Source: Flavobacteriaceae bacterium (GTDB lineage: Bacteria; Bacteroidota; Bacteroidia; Flavobacteriales; Flavobacteriaceae). From it: a stretch of 64,000 nt of DNA. The DNA lies in the NCBI GenBank assembly GCA_947452415.1, contig CANGCT010000001.1, positions 10,599-74,598 on the forward strand, read 5' to 3'. The stretch's first letter is position 1, and each line of letters opens with the position of its first letter. The notes below the pieces were generated by a model. That model ran no database searches, had not been told where the DNA came from, and saw only the letters and a list, made by a program, of their open reading frames with translations. The translations under genes were made by a program, and so were the position numbers. Below are positions 1 through 8,040 of the stretch, piece after piece.

Positions 1-2
1 TA

Positions 3-431
3 GCCGAATGTTTGAACCAACTAATCGAAAATTCAAAACCAAGTTGGGGAATTCTAACGCCACAACATTTGTTGGAACATTTGGAACTAGGCTACCGAAT
101 CATGTCGGGTGAAATTCAAGATTTCGAAATCGCAACACCAGAAAAGATTTTGGATAAAGTGCATAATTCGTTATACAATTACGATAAATTTCCAATGGGA
201 ACTAAGTTTCCAACAATGAAAAAAGACGAATTGGAAAATCTAGTTCATCCAGATTTTGAAACAGCAAAAGCTAAATTTTTAGAAGCAAGAGAACAATATA
301 AAACATTTTTCAAGGAAAACCCAGAAGCAGTTTTGAAAAATATGGTTTTCGGAGAAATAAATAAATACGCTTCTTATCTGTTAGAAAGAAAGCATTTGAA
401 CCATCACTTTGAACAATTTAATTTAATATAA
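3..431 (+). CDS. paaZ: 3' end of a gene running in from outside the window; DinB/DUF1569-like domain, probably the C-terminal extension of Flavobacteriaceae PaaZ
   Basis: Frame is open from base 3 (AECLNQL...). Motifs WGILTPQHLLEHL and KHLNHHFEQF are DinB-like. Upstream of enoyl-CoA hydratase and paaY-like genes. PaaZ identity rests on recalled similarity and context. Confidence 0.6.
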   Translation, partial: AECLNQLIENSKPSWGILTPQHLLEHLELGYRIMSGEIQDFEIATPEKILDKVHNSLYNYDKFPMGTKFPTMKKDELENLVHPDFETAKAKFLEAREQYKTFFKENPEAVLKNMVFGEINKYASYLLERKHLNHHFEQFNLI

Positions 432-442
432 AAAAATAAAGA

Positions 443-484
443 CTTAGCGAACCTTGCGTAAACTTAGCGCTCTTTGCGGTTAAA
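443..484. repeat. Short degenerate repeat cluster (CTTAGCG/CTTTGCG units ending GCGGTTAAA)
   Basis: cttagcga accttgcgta aacttagcgc tctttgcggt taaa. Confidence 0.6.
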
Positions 485-491
485 TAGTATA

Positions 492-1244
492 ATGGAAGCC
501 TACGTAAAACAAAACATACAGAACAACATTGCCACCATCGAGTTTTTTCATCCCGAACAAAACTCATTACCAGGCAACATCTTAGCACAATTAGCCAACA
601 CGATTACAGAAGTTGGTAACAATAACGAGGTAAAAGTCATCATCCTAAAAAGTGGAGGTGACCGAACATTCTGTGCAGGAGCAAGTTTTAAAGAACTAAT
701 TGCTATCAATGATGCTGATACTGGAAAAGTATTTTTCTCAGGATTTGCCAACGTAATCAACGCCATGAGAAAATGTCCGAAATTCATCATCGGAAGAATT
801 CAAGGAAAAACTGTCGGTGGAGGAGTAGGAATAGCTGCATCAACCGATTATTGTATGGCAACAAAATTCGCTGCTATAAAATTATCCGAACTAAACGTCG
901 GAATAGGACCATTTGTAGTGTCACCTGCCATCGAAAGAAAAATGGGAGTTTCAGCCATGTCGCAAATTGCAATTGATGCCAATACATTTTATGATGCCAA
1001 TTGGGCAAAAGAAAAAGGATTGTTTGCCAATGTTTATGAAAATATTGAAGAAATGGACGAAGCAGTTCAACAATTCGCAGAACATTTATGCACCTACAAT
1101 CCAGAAGCCATGTTCGAAATGAAAAAAGTTTTTTGGCGAGGAACGGAAGATTGGGATAATTTATTGGCAGAAAGAGCCGCGATAAGTGGAAGATTAGTGC
1201 TTTCTGAATTTACAAAAGAAACGTTGAAGAAATTTAAAATTTAG
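492..1244 (+). CDS. Enoyl-CoA hydratase/isomerase (crotonase family)
   Basis: FCAGASF and GKTVGGGVGIAASTD oxyanion-hole motifs; ATG at 492 preferred over TTG at 474. Confidence 0.92.
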   Translation: MEAYVKQNIQNNIATIEFFHPEQNSLPGNILAQLANTITEVGNNNEVKVIILKSGGDRTFCAGASFKELIAINDADTGKVFFSGFANVINAMRKCPKFIIGRIQGKTVGGGVGIAASTDYCMATKFAAIKLSELNVGIGPFVVSPAIERKMGVSAMSQIAIDANTFYDANWAKEKGLFANVYENIEEMDEAVQQFAEHLCTYNPEAMFEMKKVFWRGTEDWDNLLAERAAISGRLVLSEFTKETLKKFKI

Positions 1245-1316
1245 TTTCAAGTTTAAGGTTTCACGTTCTTAAACTTGAAACCTGAAACCTGAAACCTGAA
1301 ACCTGAAACCTGAAAC
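1244..1316. repeat. Inverted pair of heptamer arrays (GTTTCAA-like x3, then AAACCTG x5-6)
   Basis: Five perfect AAACCTG units at 1278-1312, preceded by complementary GTTTCAN units. Confidence 0.9.
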
Positions 1317-1323
1317 AAATAAT

Positions 1324-1932
1324 ATGGTATACGAATTCAAAGGATTCATCCCAGTAATACACGAAAGTAGTTTCATCCATCCGCAAGCTGCGGTAACGGG
1401 TAATGTGATTATTGGTAAAAATGTTTACGTAGGTCCAGGAGCAGCTATTCGTGGCGATTGGGGCGAAATCATCATTGAAGATGGTTGTAACGTACAAGAA
1501 AATTGCACGATTCATATGTTTCCTGGAAAAACAATGGTATTGAAAGCTGGAGCACACATCGGTCACGGATCGATAATTCATGGAGCGAATATTGGTAAAA
1601 ATTGTTTGGTCGGAATGAACGCAGTAATTATGGATGACGTGAATGTTGGTGACGAATGCATCATTGGTGCATTAAGTTTCATAAAAGCTGGAATGCAAAT
1701 CCCAAACCGAAAAATGGTAGTGGGAAATCCAGCCACAATTATAAAAGACGTTTCCGATGAAATGATCGATTGGAAAACTAAAGGAACTGCCTTATACCAA
1801 CAATTGCCAAAAGAATGTTACGAAACATTAAAAGCAGTCGAGCCATTGCGAGAAATTCCAGCTAATCGTCCAACACAAGAAGCATTTTATAAAACATTAG
1901 AAGAATTTAAATTAAAAGAAAATAGAAAATAG
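1324..1932 (+). CDS. paaY: Hexapeptide-repeat gamma-carbonic-anhydrase-like protein, PaaY/CaiE type
   Basis: IHPQAAVTGNVIIG, RGDWG, NVQENCTIH, HIGHGSIIHG; paa context. Confidence 0.85.
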   Translation: MVYEFKGFIPVIHESSFIHPQAAVTGNVIIGKNVYVGPGAAIRGDWGEIIIEDGCNVQENCTIHMFPGKTMVLKAGAHIGHGSIIHGANIGKNCLVGMNAVIMDDVNVGDECIIGALSFIKAGMQIPNRKMVVGNPATIIKDVSDEMIDWKTKGTALYQQLPKECYETLKAVEPLREIPANRPTQEAFYKTLEEFKLKENRK

Positions 1933-1997
1933 AGAAAAGAATACAGACCTAATCAAAAGTCTATTTTCTATACTCTATTCTCTTTCATCTCAAAAAA

Positions 1998-3284
1998 ATG
2001 ATAACAGAATTCAAAATGCCCAAAATGGGTGAAAGTATATCCGAAGCAACAATAATCAGTTGGTTGAAAAACGTAGGTGATTTTGTGGAAGCAGAAGAAA
2101 CAATTTTAGAAGTAGCTACCGATAAAGTCGATAGTGATGTGCCTGCACCTGTTTCTGGAGTAATCACTGAAATTCGTTTTCAGAAAGATGATTTGGTTGA
2201 AGTAGGAACCGTTTTGGCGTTGATTGAAGAAAAAGTTGGAAGTCAGAAGTCAGAAGTTGGAAGTAAAAAAGCAGAAGTTAAAAAAGACGAAGTTGTTTCA
2301 AATCAAAAAACTGAAACCCGAAACTCGCAACTCGCAACTCGCAACTCTGACGCTTTCATTTCACCACTAATCATTTCAATTGCTCAAAAAGAAAACCTTT
2401 CTATTGAAGAATTACAAACTATTCCGGGATCTGGAGCAGAGGGGCGTTTGCAAAAAAGTGATGTTTTTAATTATCTTAAAAATAGAAAATATCCCGTTAA
2501 AAGCATTCCTCAACCTACAACCTACAACCCACAACCTACAACCTATCCAAAACCAAAAATCAATTTCATTGAGGGAAAAGACCGAATTGTAGAAATGGAC
2601 AGAATGCGTAAGATGATTGCCGATCACATGGTGTATTCTAAGCAAACTTCGCCTCACGTAACTTCTTACATTGAAGTAGATGTTACAAATTTGGTAAATT
2701 GGAGAAACGAAAACAAAGAGAATTTCCAAGAAAAGCATAATGAAAAATTAACGTTTACACCAGTTTTTGTTCAAGCTGTAGCAAAAGCGATTGTTGATTT
2801 TCCATTGATTAATGTTTCCGTGGATGAGAAAAACATCATCGTTCATAACGACATAAATATCGGAATGGCAACCGCATTACCATCAGGAAATTTAATTGTT
2901 CCTGTAGTGAAAAATGCTAACGAAAAAGATTTAGTCTCTTTAGCAAAAGATGTAAATAATTTGGCGGAAGCTTCACGAAATAACAAATTAAAACCCGAAC
3001 AAATTCAAGGAAGTACCTTTACTATTTCCAACGTAGGAACATTTGGAAGTTTGATGGGAACACCAATTATCAACCAACCCGAAGTAGCAATTTTGGCACT
3101 CGGAATTATCAAAAAACGTCCTGAAGTTATAACAACTGAAAAAGGAGACGAAATTGCTATCCGAAGTATGATGTATCTTTCCTTATCCTTTGACCATAGA
3201 GTAGTGGATGGATTTTTAGGAGGTTCCTTCTTAAGAAAAGTAGGCGATTACTTAGAACAATTTGATGCAACAATAAAAATTTAA
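1998..3284 (+). CDS. 2-oxoacid dehydrogenase E2 (dihydrolipoamide acyltransferase), one lipoyl domain
   Basis: Lipoyl motif EVATDKVDSDV, E3-binding domain GSGAEGR, catalytic DHRVVDG. Confidence 0.95.
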   Translation: MITEFKMPKMGESISEATIISWLKNVGDFVEAEETILEVATDKVDSDVPAPVSGVITEIRFQKDDLVEVGTVLALIEEKVGSQKSEVGSKKAEVKKDEVVSNQKTETRNSQLATRNSDAFISPLIISIAQKENLSIEELQTIPGSGAEGRLQKSDVFNYLKNRKYPVKSIPQPTTYNPQPTTYPKPKINFIEGKDRIVEMDRMRKMIADHMVYSKQTSPHVTSYIEVDVTNLVNWRNENKENFQEKHNEKLTFTPVFVQAVAKAIVDFPLINVSVDEKNIIVHNDINIGMATALPSGNLIVPVVKNANEKDLVSLAKDVNNLAEASRNNKLKPEQIQGSTFTISNVGTFGSLMGTPIINQPEVAILALGIIKKRPEVITTEKGDEIAIRSMMYLSLSFDHRVVDGFLGGSFLRKVGDYLEQFDATIKI

Positions 3285-3294
3285 CTCCTCTTTT

Positions 3295-3328
3295 CTCCTT
3301 CTCCTTTGGAGAAGGTCGGGATGAGGTT
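3295..3328 (+). repeat. REP-like palindromic element (CTCCTTTGGAG core, GAGG end)
   Basis: ctccttctcctttggagaaggtcgggatgaggtt; same family as 4911-4944 (reverse) and 59149-59184. Confidence 0.8.
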
Positions 3329-3342
3329 AACAATATAACATT

Positions 3343-4410
3343 ATGGAAACAGTAATGACACAAGCAATAAAAATAACTAAAGTAACACAATCAAGAGTTT
3401 CAGAAGTAAATCTTGAAAACATCACCATGGGAACTAATTTTACCGATCACATGTTTATTTGTGATTATGAAAATGGCGAATGGCACAACCCAAGAATTGA
3501 GCCGTTAGCATTAATTCCCACACATCCTGCTGCAATGGCTTTACATTATGGTCAAGCTATTTTTGAAGGAATGAAAGCAACTTTAGGAAAAGACGGAAGA
3601 CCATTATTATTTCGCCCTGATGAAAATGCAAAGCGTTTGAATTTTAGTGCGGATAGAATGGGAATGCCTTTGTTTCCAGAAGATTTATTTGTAGAAGCAT
3701 TAAAAAAATTCACCGCTTTAGAAAAAAATTGGATTCCAACATCCACAGGAAGTGCGTTGTATTTGCGTCCGTTTATGTATGCGGATGAAGCTTTTATCGG
3801 GATGCGCGCTGCAACAAGTTTCAAATTCATCGTAATGGCATCACCAGCTGGACCATTTTTCAGTAGAAAAATTAAATTATATGCGGAGAAAAAATACGTT
3901 CGTGCCGTAAATGGCGGTACTGGTGAAGCAAAAGCAGCCGGAAATTATGCTGCTGCAATACGCCCAACAGAATATGCTAAAGCCAAAGGATACGACCAAG
4001 TATTATGGTTAGATGCTCAAGATTTTGAATACATTCAAGAAGTGGGAACGATGAATATTTTCTTTAAAATTGATGGAAAATTCATTACCCCCGATTTAAC
4101 AGGTTCTATTTTATCTGGAATTACCAGAATGAGTGTAATCGAGTTTTTAAGAAGCAAAGATTTTGAAGTAATCGAAAGACCAATCACTATTTCAGAAATT
4201 ATTGAAGCATCTAAAAATGGAACTTTAGAAGAAGCATTCGGAACTGGAACAGCAGTTGGAATTGCGATGATTGAAGAAATTGGAAACAATGATTTATTGA
4301 TTCAATTTCCAGAAGAAAATCCGATTTCTGTGATGGTAAATGATGCGTTAAATGCTATAAAATTGCAAAACGAAGAAGATACATTTGGTTGGATTGTAGA
4401 GGCAAAGTAA
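3343..4410 (+). CDS. ilvE: Branched-chain-type amino acid aminotransferase (PLP fold IV)
   Basis: LHYGQAIFEGMKA, AKAAGNY (PLP lysine), EVGTMNIF, ILSGITR, GTGTA. Confidence 0.95.
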   Translation: METVMTQAIKITKVTQSRVSEVNLENITMGTNFTDHMFICDYENGEWHNPRIEPLALIPTHPAAMALHYGQAIFEGMKATLGKDGRPLLFRPDENAKRLNFSADRMGMPLFPEDLFVEALKKFTALEKNWIPTSTGSALYLRPFMYADEAFIGMRAATSFKFIVMASPAGPFFSRKIKLYAEKKYVRAVNGGTGEAKAAGNYAAAIRPTEYAKAKGYDQVLWLDAQDFEYIQEVGTMNIFFKIDGKFITPDLTGSILSGITRMSVIEFLRSKDFEVIERPITISEIIEASKNGTLEEAFGTGTAVGIAMIEEIGNNDLLIQFPEENPISVMVNDALNAIKLQNEEDTFGWIVEAK

Positions 4411-4418
4411 TAAAAAAT

Positions 4419-4483
4419 TAAACCATTAAGGTATTAAGGTCCATTAAGTTTTTCCTTAATTTTCTTAATCCCTTAATGGTTAA
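4419..4483. repeat. Palindromic element: AACCATTAAG/ATTAAG x3 then CTTAAT x3/CTTAATGGTT
   Basis: Inverted arms built from ~9-10 bp repeated units. Confidence 0.8.
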
Positions 4484-4502
4484 AAAAAAATAGTTCGAAC
4501 AA

Positions 4503-6581
4503 ATGTTAGACAAAAATATCCTCGAAAAAGCATTTTCAACAATGGCAACTGCTAAGGCAATGGCGACTTTGTATGAAGATAATTTTAAGATTGTTTCCAA
4601 ATACGTGCATGCTACTTCCCGCGGTCATGAAGCGATTCAAATTGCCATGGCGATGCAATTGTTACCACAAGATTATGCGTTTCCGTATTATCGGGATGAT
4701 GCAATGTTGTTGGGAATTGGGATGCAACCCTATGATTTGATGTTGCAATTGATGGCGAAAAAAGACGATCCGTTTTCGGGAGGACGAACGTATTATTGCC
4801 ATCCAAGTTTGAAAGATGCCGATAAGCCAAAAATCCCACACCAATCCTCTGCAACGGGAATGCAAGCCATTCCTGCAACAGGAGCAGCAATGGGATTTTG
4901 GTATAAAGAGAACCTCACCCCAGCCCTCTCCAAAGGAGAGGAAGATGGATTTGATATTCCCCCTTCGGGGGCTAGGGGGCTTGTAGTTTGTTCACTTGGT
5001 GACGCATCCGTAACCGAGGGAGAAATTGCCGAAGCTTTGCAAATGGCAGCTTTGAAGCAACTTCCGATTTTGTATTTAGTACAAGATAACGGTTGGGATA
5101 TTTCGGCAAATGCGGCTGAAACTCGTGCTCAAAATGCCTTTGAATATGCCAAAGGATTCCACGGAATTGAAGCCATTTCTATCGATGGAGCCAATTTTAC
5201 CGAAAGTTATTTAGCGGTTCAAAAAGTAGTGAAAACCATTCGAGAAGAACGTCGTCCGTTTTTGGTTCATGCTAAAGTTCCGTTGTTGAATCACCATACA
5301 TCTGGGGTTCGCATGGAATGGTATCGCGATGATTTGGAAGAAGCGCAATCTCGAGATCCGTATCCAGTTTTGATACAACAATTGTTGGCTGCTGGTTTTA
5401 AACAAGAAGAAATAAATAATATAGAATCGGAGGTTGCCACTTTGGTTCAAAATGATTTTGATAGAGCACAAGTAGCAGAAGATCCTTCTCCGGAAGATTT
5501 ATTTACTCACGATTTTGCTCCAACGCCAATCACAGAAGAAGTTGGCGAAAGAAATCCAGAGCGAGAAGATAAAGTCGTAATGGTAGATTGCGCCTTATTT
5601 GCAGTGGAAGAATTAATGAAAAAACACCAAGAATGTTTGTTATACGGACAAGACGTTGGTGGAAGATTGGGCGGAGTTTTTAGAGAAGCAGCAACTTTGG
5701 CACAAAAATTTGGCGACGAACGTGTTTTCAATACGCCCATTCAAGAAGCCTTTATTGTGGGTTCTACCGTTGGGATGTCGGCAGTTGGGTTGAAACCAAT
5801 TGTTGAGGTACAATTTGCCGATTATATTTGGCCAGGATTGAACCAATTGTTTACAGAAGTCAGTCGCTCGTGTTATTTATCCAACGGAAAATGGCCGGTG
5901 AGTATGATTTTGCGGGTGCCAATTGGTGCCTACGGAAGTGGCGGACCTTATCATTCGTCGTCTGTAGAAAGCGTTCTGACCAATATTCGAGGAATAAAAA
6001 TCGCGTATCCAAGCAATGGTGCCGACTTAAAAGGATTGTTGAAAGCTGCTTATTACGATCCAAATCCTGTTGTGATTTTGGAACATAAAGGTTTGTATTG
6101 GAGTAAAGTAAAAGGAACTGATGCGGCAAGAGTTAACGAACCAAGCGAAGATTACATTTTACCTTTCGGAAAAGCGAATATCGTTCAAGAAATTTGGGAA
6201 CAAGAAACCGACGAAACTATAACCGTTATCACTTACGGAATGGGAGTGCATTGGGCATTAAATGCTTCGTCAACTATGAAAAACCAAGTGGAGATTATCG
6301 ATTTGCGAACGTTATATCCGCTGGATGAAGAAGCGATTTTTAAATCGGTTAAGAAAGCCAAAAAATGTCTTGTTGTAACCGAAGAACCAACTAACAATTC
6401 GTTCGCCAGAAGTTTGGCAGGATTGATTCAAGAAAATTGTTTTAAATACCTTGATGCGCCAGTAATGGTTATCGGTTCCGAAAATATGCCTGCAATTCCT
6501 TTAAATAGCACGTTAGAGTTTACCATGATTCCGAATGTGGATAAAGTACGATTGAAAATGGAGGAACTTTTGGAGTATTAG
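4503..6581 (+). CDS. Fused E1 alpha/beta 2-oxoacid dehydrogenase (2-oxoisovalerate dehydrogenase-like, TPP-dependent)
   Basis: TPP motif GDASVTEGE...N; beta-half motifs GQDVGGRLGGVFRE, FNTPIQEAFIVG, EVQFADY, GGPYHS. Confidence 0.95.
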   Translation: MLDKNILEKAFSTMATAKAMATLYEDNFKIVSKYVHATSRGHEAIQIAMAMQLLPQDYAFPYYRDDAMLLGIGMQPYDLMLQLMAKKDDPFSGGRTYYCHPSLKDADKPKIPHQSSATGMQAIPATGAAMGFWYKENLTPALSKGEEDGFDIPPSGARGLVVCSLGDASVTEGEIAEALQMAALKQLPILYLVQDNGWDISANAAETRAQNAFEYAKGFHGIEAISIDGANFTESYLAVQKVVKTIREERRPFLVHAKVPLLNHHTSGVRMEWYRDDLEEAQSRDPYPVLIQQLLAAGFKQEEINNIESEVATLVQNDFDRAQVAEDPSPEDLFTHDFAPTPITEEVGERNPEREDKVVMVDCALFAVEELMKKHQECLLYGQDVGGRLGGVFREAATLAQKFGDERVFNTPIQEAFIVGSTVGMSAVGLKPIVEVQFADYIWPGLNQLFTEVSRSCYLSNGKWPVSMILRVPIGAYGSGGPYHSSSVESVLTNIRGIKIAYPSNGADLKGLLKAAYYDPNPVVILEHKGLYWSKVKGTDAARVNEPSEDYILPFGKANIVQEIWEQETDETITVITYGMGVHWALNASSTMKNQVEIIDLRTLYPLDEEAIFKSVKKAKKCLVVTEEPTNNSFARSLAGLIQENCFKYLDAPVMVIGSENMPAIPLNSTLEFTMIPNVDKVRLKMEELLEY

Positions 6582-6724
6582 AAGCAATTTCCAGCTTTCC
6601 ATTACAAGTTTTTGTGAACAATGCTTTTTTTGTAAGCCATAAAAAGAGCTTCCGTTGGTCGCTTTTTCATGTCAACAAAAAATAGCATTCTTTCACAAAA
6701 AGCTTTCCATTACAATCTGGGCTA
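6582..6724 (-). repeat. Long palindromic repeat, Flavo-1-like family
   Basis: Minus strand begins TAGCCCAGATTGTAATGGAAAGC; 15-bp direct repeat agctttccattacaa at 6593 and 6701; long internal hairpin. Family name is from memory. Confidence 0.7.
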
Positions 6725-6849
6725 GGGCAGTTGGTTTTCAAATGAACATTTTGTTTCTAAAATCCTTTAAGAAAAAAAGAAATCTTGTTAGATGAAAAGT
6801 ATTATTCAGTTATATTTTTTAGTATCTTTACTTTATTAAAATTTTGATT

Positions 6850-7095
6850 ATGAATTTAGAACAACATAAAAACAAAATCATTAAAAAAGTAAAAAACATT
6901 CAAGACGACAACCTTTTGAATCAAATTGATACTGTTTTAAATGGAAATTATGTTGTGGCATACACAATTGATGGTAAACCTTTAACTAAAAATCAATACG
7001 TTAGTCACATAGAATCAATCAGTGAATCTATTGCAAAAGGTGCCAAAACCTTTACTACGGAAGAGGTTAAAAAACAAATTTTCTCCATAAAATAA
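6850..7095 (+). CDS. Small protein resembling an addiction-module (type II) antitoxin
   Basis: 81 aa with VAYTIDGKPLTKNQY...SIAKGAKTFTTEEV; TAATG overlap with a ParE-like start. Confidence 0.6.
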   Translation: MNLEQHKNKIIKKVKNIQDDNLLNQIDTVLNGNYVVAYTIDGKPLTKNQYVSHIESISESIAKGAKTFTTEEVKKQIFSIK

Positions 7096-7166
7096 TGAAC
7101 CTTGTTTGGTCGGAAGAAGCGAGTTTTATTAGTAAACTTTTTATTGAAAATAAAAGCAGTTTTTAG
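7095..7166 (+). pseudogene. Truncated RelE/ParE-family toxin remnant
   Basis: MNLVWSEEAS resembles the ParE N-terminus (MxxxWSxxA); stops after 23 codons inside a duplicated terminator. Confidence 0.5.
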
Positions 7167-7229
7167 TTTCTCCAAAAACTGCTTTTATTGAAAATAAAAG
7201 CAGTTTTTAGTTTCTCCAAAAACTGCTTT
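7141..7229. repeat. 44-bp perfect tandem duplication containing a bidirectional terminator hairpin
   Basis: ttattgaaaataaaagcagtttttagtttctccaaaaactgctt x2; stem aaaagcagtttt/aaaactgctttt. Confidence 0.9.
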
Positions 7230-7233
7230 AGAT

Positions 7234-7616
7234 TTACTCTTCTTTAAACGTTATGGTTATTTCTTCATTGAATTTGTATTCGCCTTTTTTGTAAACTTCT
7301 TGTTGGCTAAATCAATTTCATATGTGTAAATGCCTTTTGGAATATCAAAAACGCATTCTTTCCCTTCTTTTTGGATTATAAGTTCTTTTTTAATTTCTTT
7401 TCCATCCTAATCCTTACCAACTATACTGAAAGTTATCTTGTCTGAAAGTCTGTTTTTTATGCATACACTTTCAATAACTTTTGAGTTTGGATTTGGTGCT
7501 AGATTTGATTTATTTCCTTTTAAAAACGATAATCCATTTACTATTATTTCTCCACCCTTTATCACTTTTTCAATTTCTGAATAGGCAAGAGAATAATTCG
7601 AAAAAATATAAAATGG
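7234..7616 (-). pseudogene. Disrupted hypothetical gene (internal TAG, one frameshift, no start)
   Basis: Reads SEIEKVIKGGEIIVNGLSFL...SIVGKD*DGKEIKKELIIQKEGKECVFDIPKGIYTYEI then shifts frame to EVYKKGEYKFNEEITITFKEE*; TAG at 7407-7409. Confidence 0.7.
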
Positions 7617-7630
7617 TTAATAGAATAATC

Positions 7631-8023
7631 TTATTCATTTGACCATAAAGTAATAAGCTGGATAAAACTTTCTTTTTTGGTAGAATAAAATATAGTAAAA
7701 AGTAAAACCCATGCAACATACCCTATAAAAAAAGGAATTAGATTCAAATTAAAGTTTTCGCTAAATTTAAAAGTTGACAATCCAGTAAATATAACAATTC
7801 CAATAAAGTTATAAATCATAGCATTTTTCAAACTCATTGAGATTCCACCAGTCAAAAAATTCCAATGAACTAATTTATCTTTTATGATAATCTTACCATT
7901 ACTCATAAAATCTATTGAAATCTGATGTGAAAAATCTAGTTTGATTATTAATCTATTCGTGTTTTCAACAAACTGATAATCATACTTATTTAAATTTTTT
8001 AATATTTTTTCTTTTGTTATCAT
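7631..8023 (-). CDS. Hypothetical membrane protein with two C-terminal TM segments (possible immunity protein)
   Basis: 130-aa ORF 17 bp downstream of 8041-8697; two hydrophobic stretches. Confidence 0.75.
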   Translation of the reverse strand: MITKEKILKNLNKYDYQFVENTNRLIIKLDFSHQISIDFMSNGKIIIKDKLVHWNFLTGGISMSLKNAMIYNFIGIVIFTGLSTFKFSENFNLNLIPFFIGYVAWVLLFTIFYSTKKESFIQLITLWSNE

Positions 8024-8040
8024 TGTGTTTATTTTTATAA

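Noticed and set aside
1261-1581. 106-aa minus-strand ORF ending FRFQVSGFRFQVSS
   Set aside because: Antisense to paaY; its tail is just the translated heptamer array.
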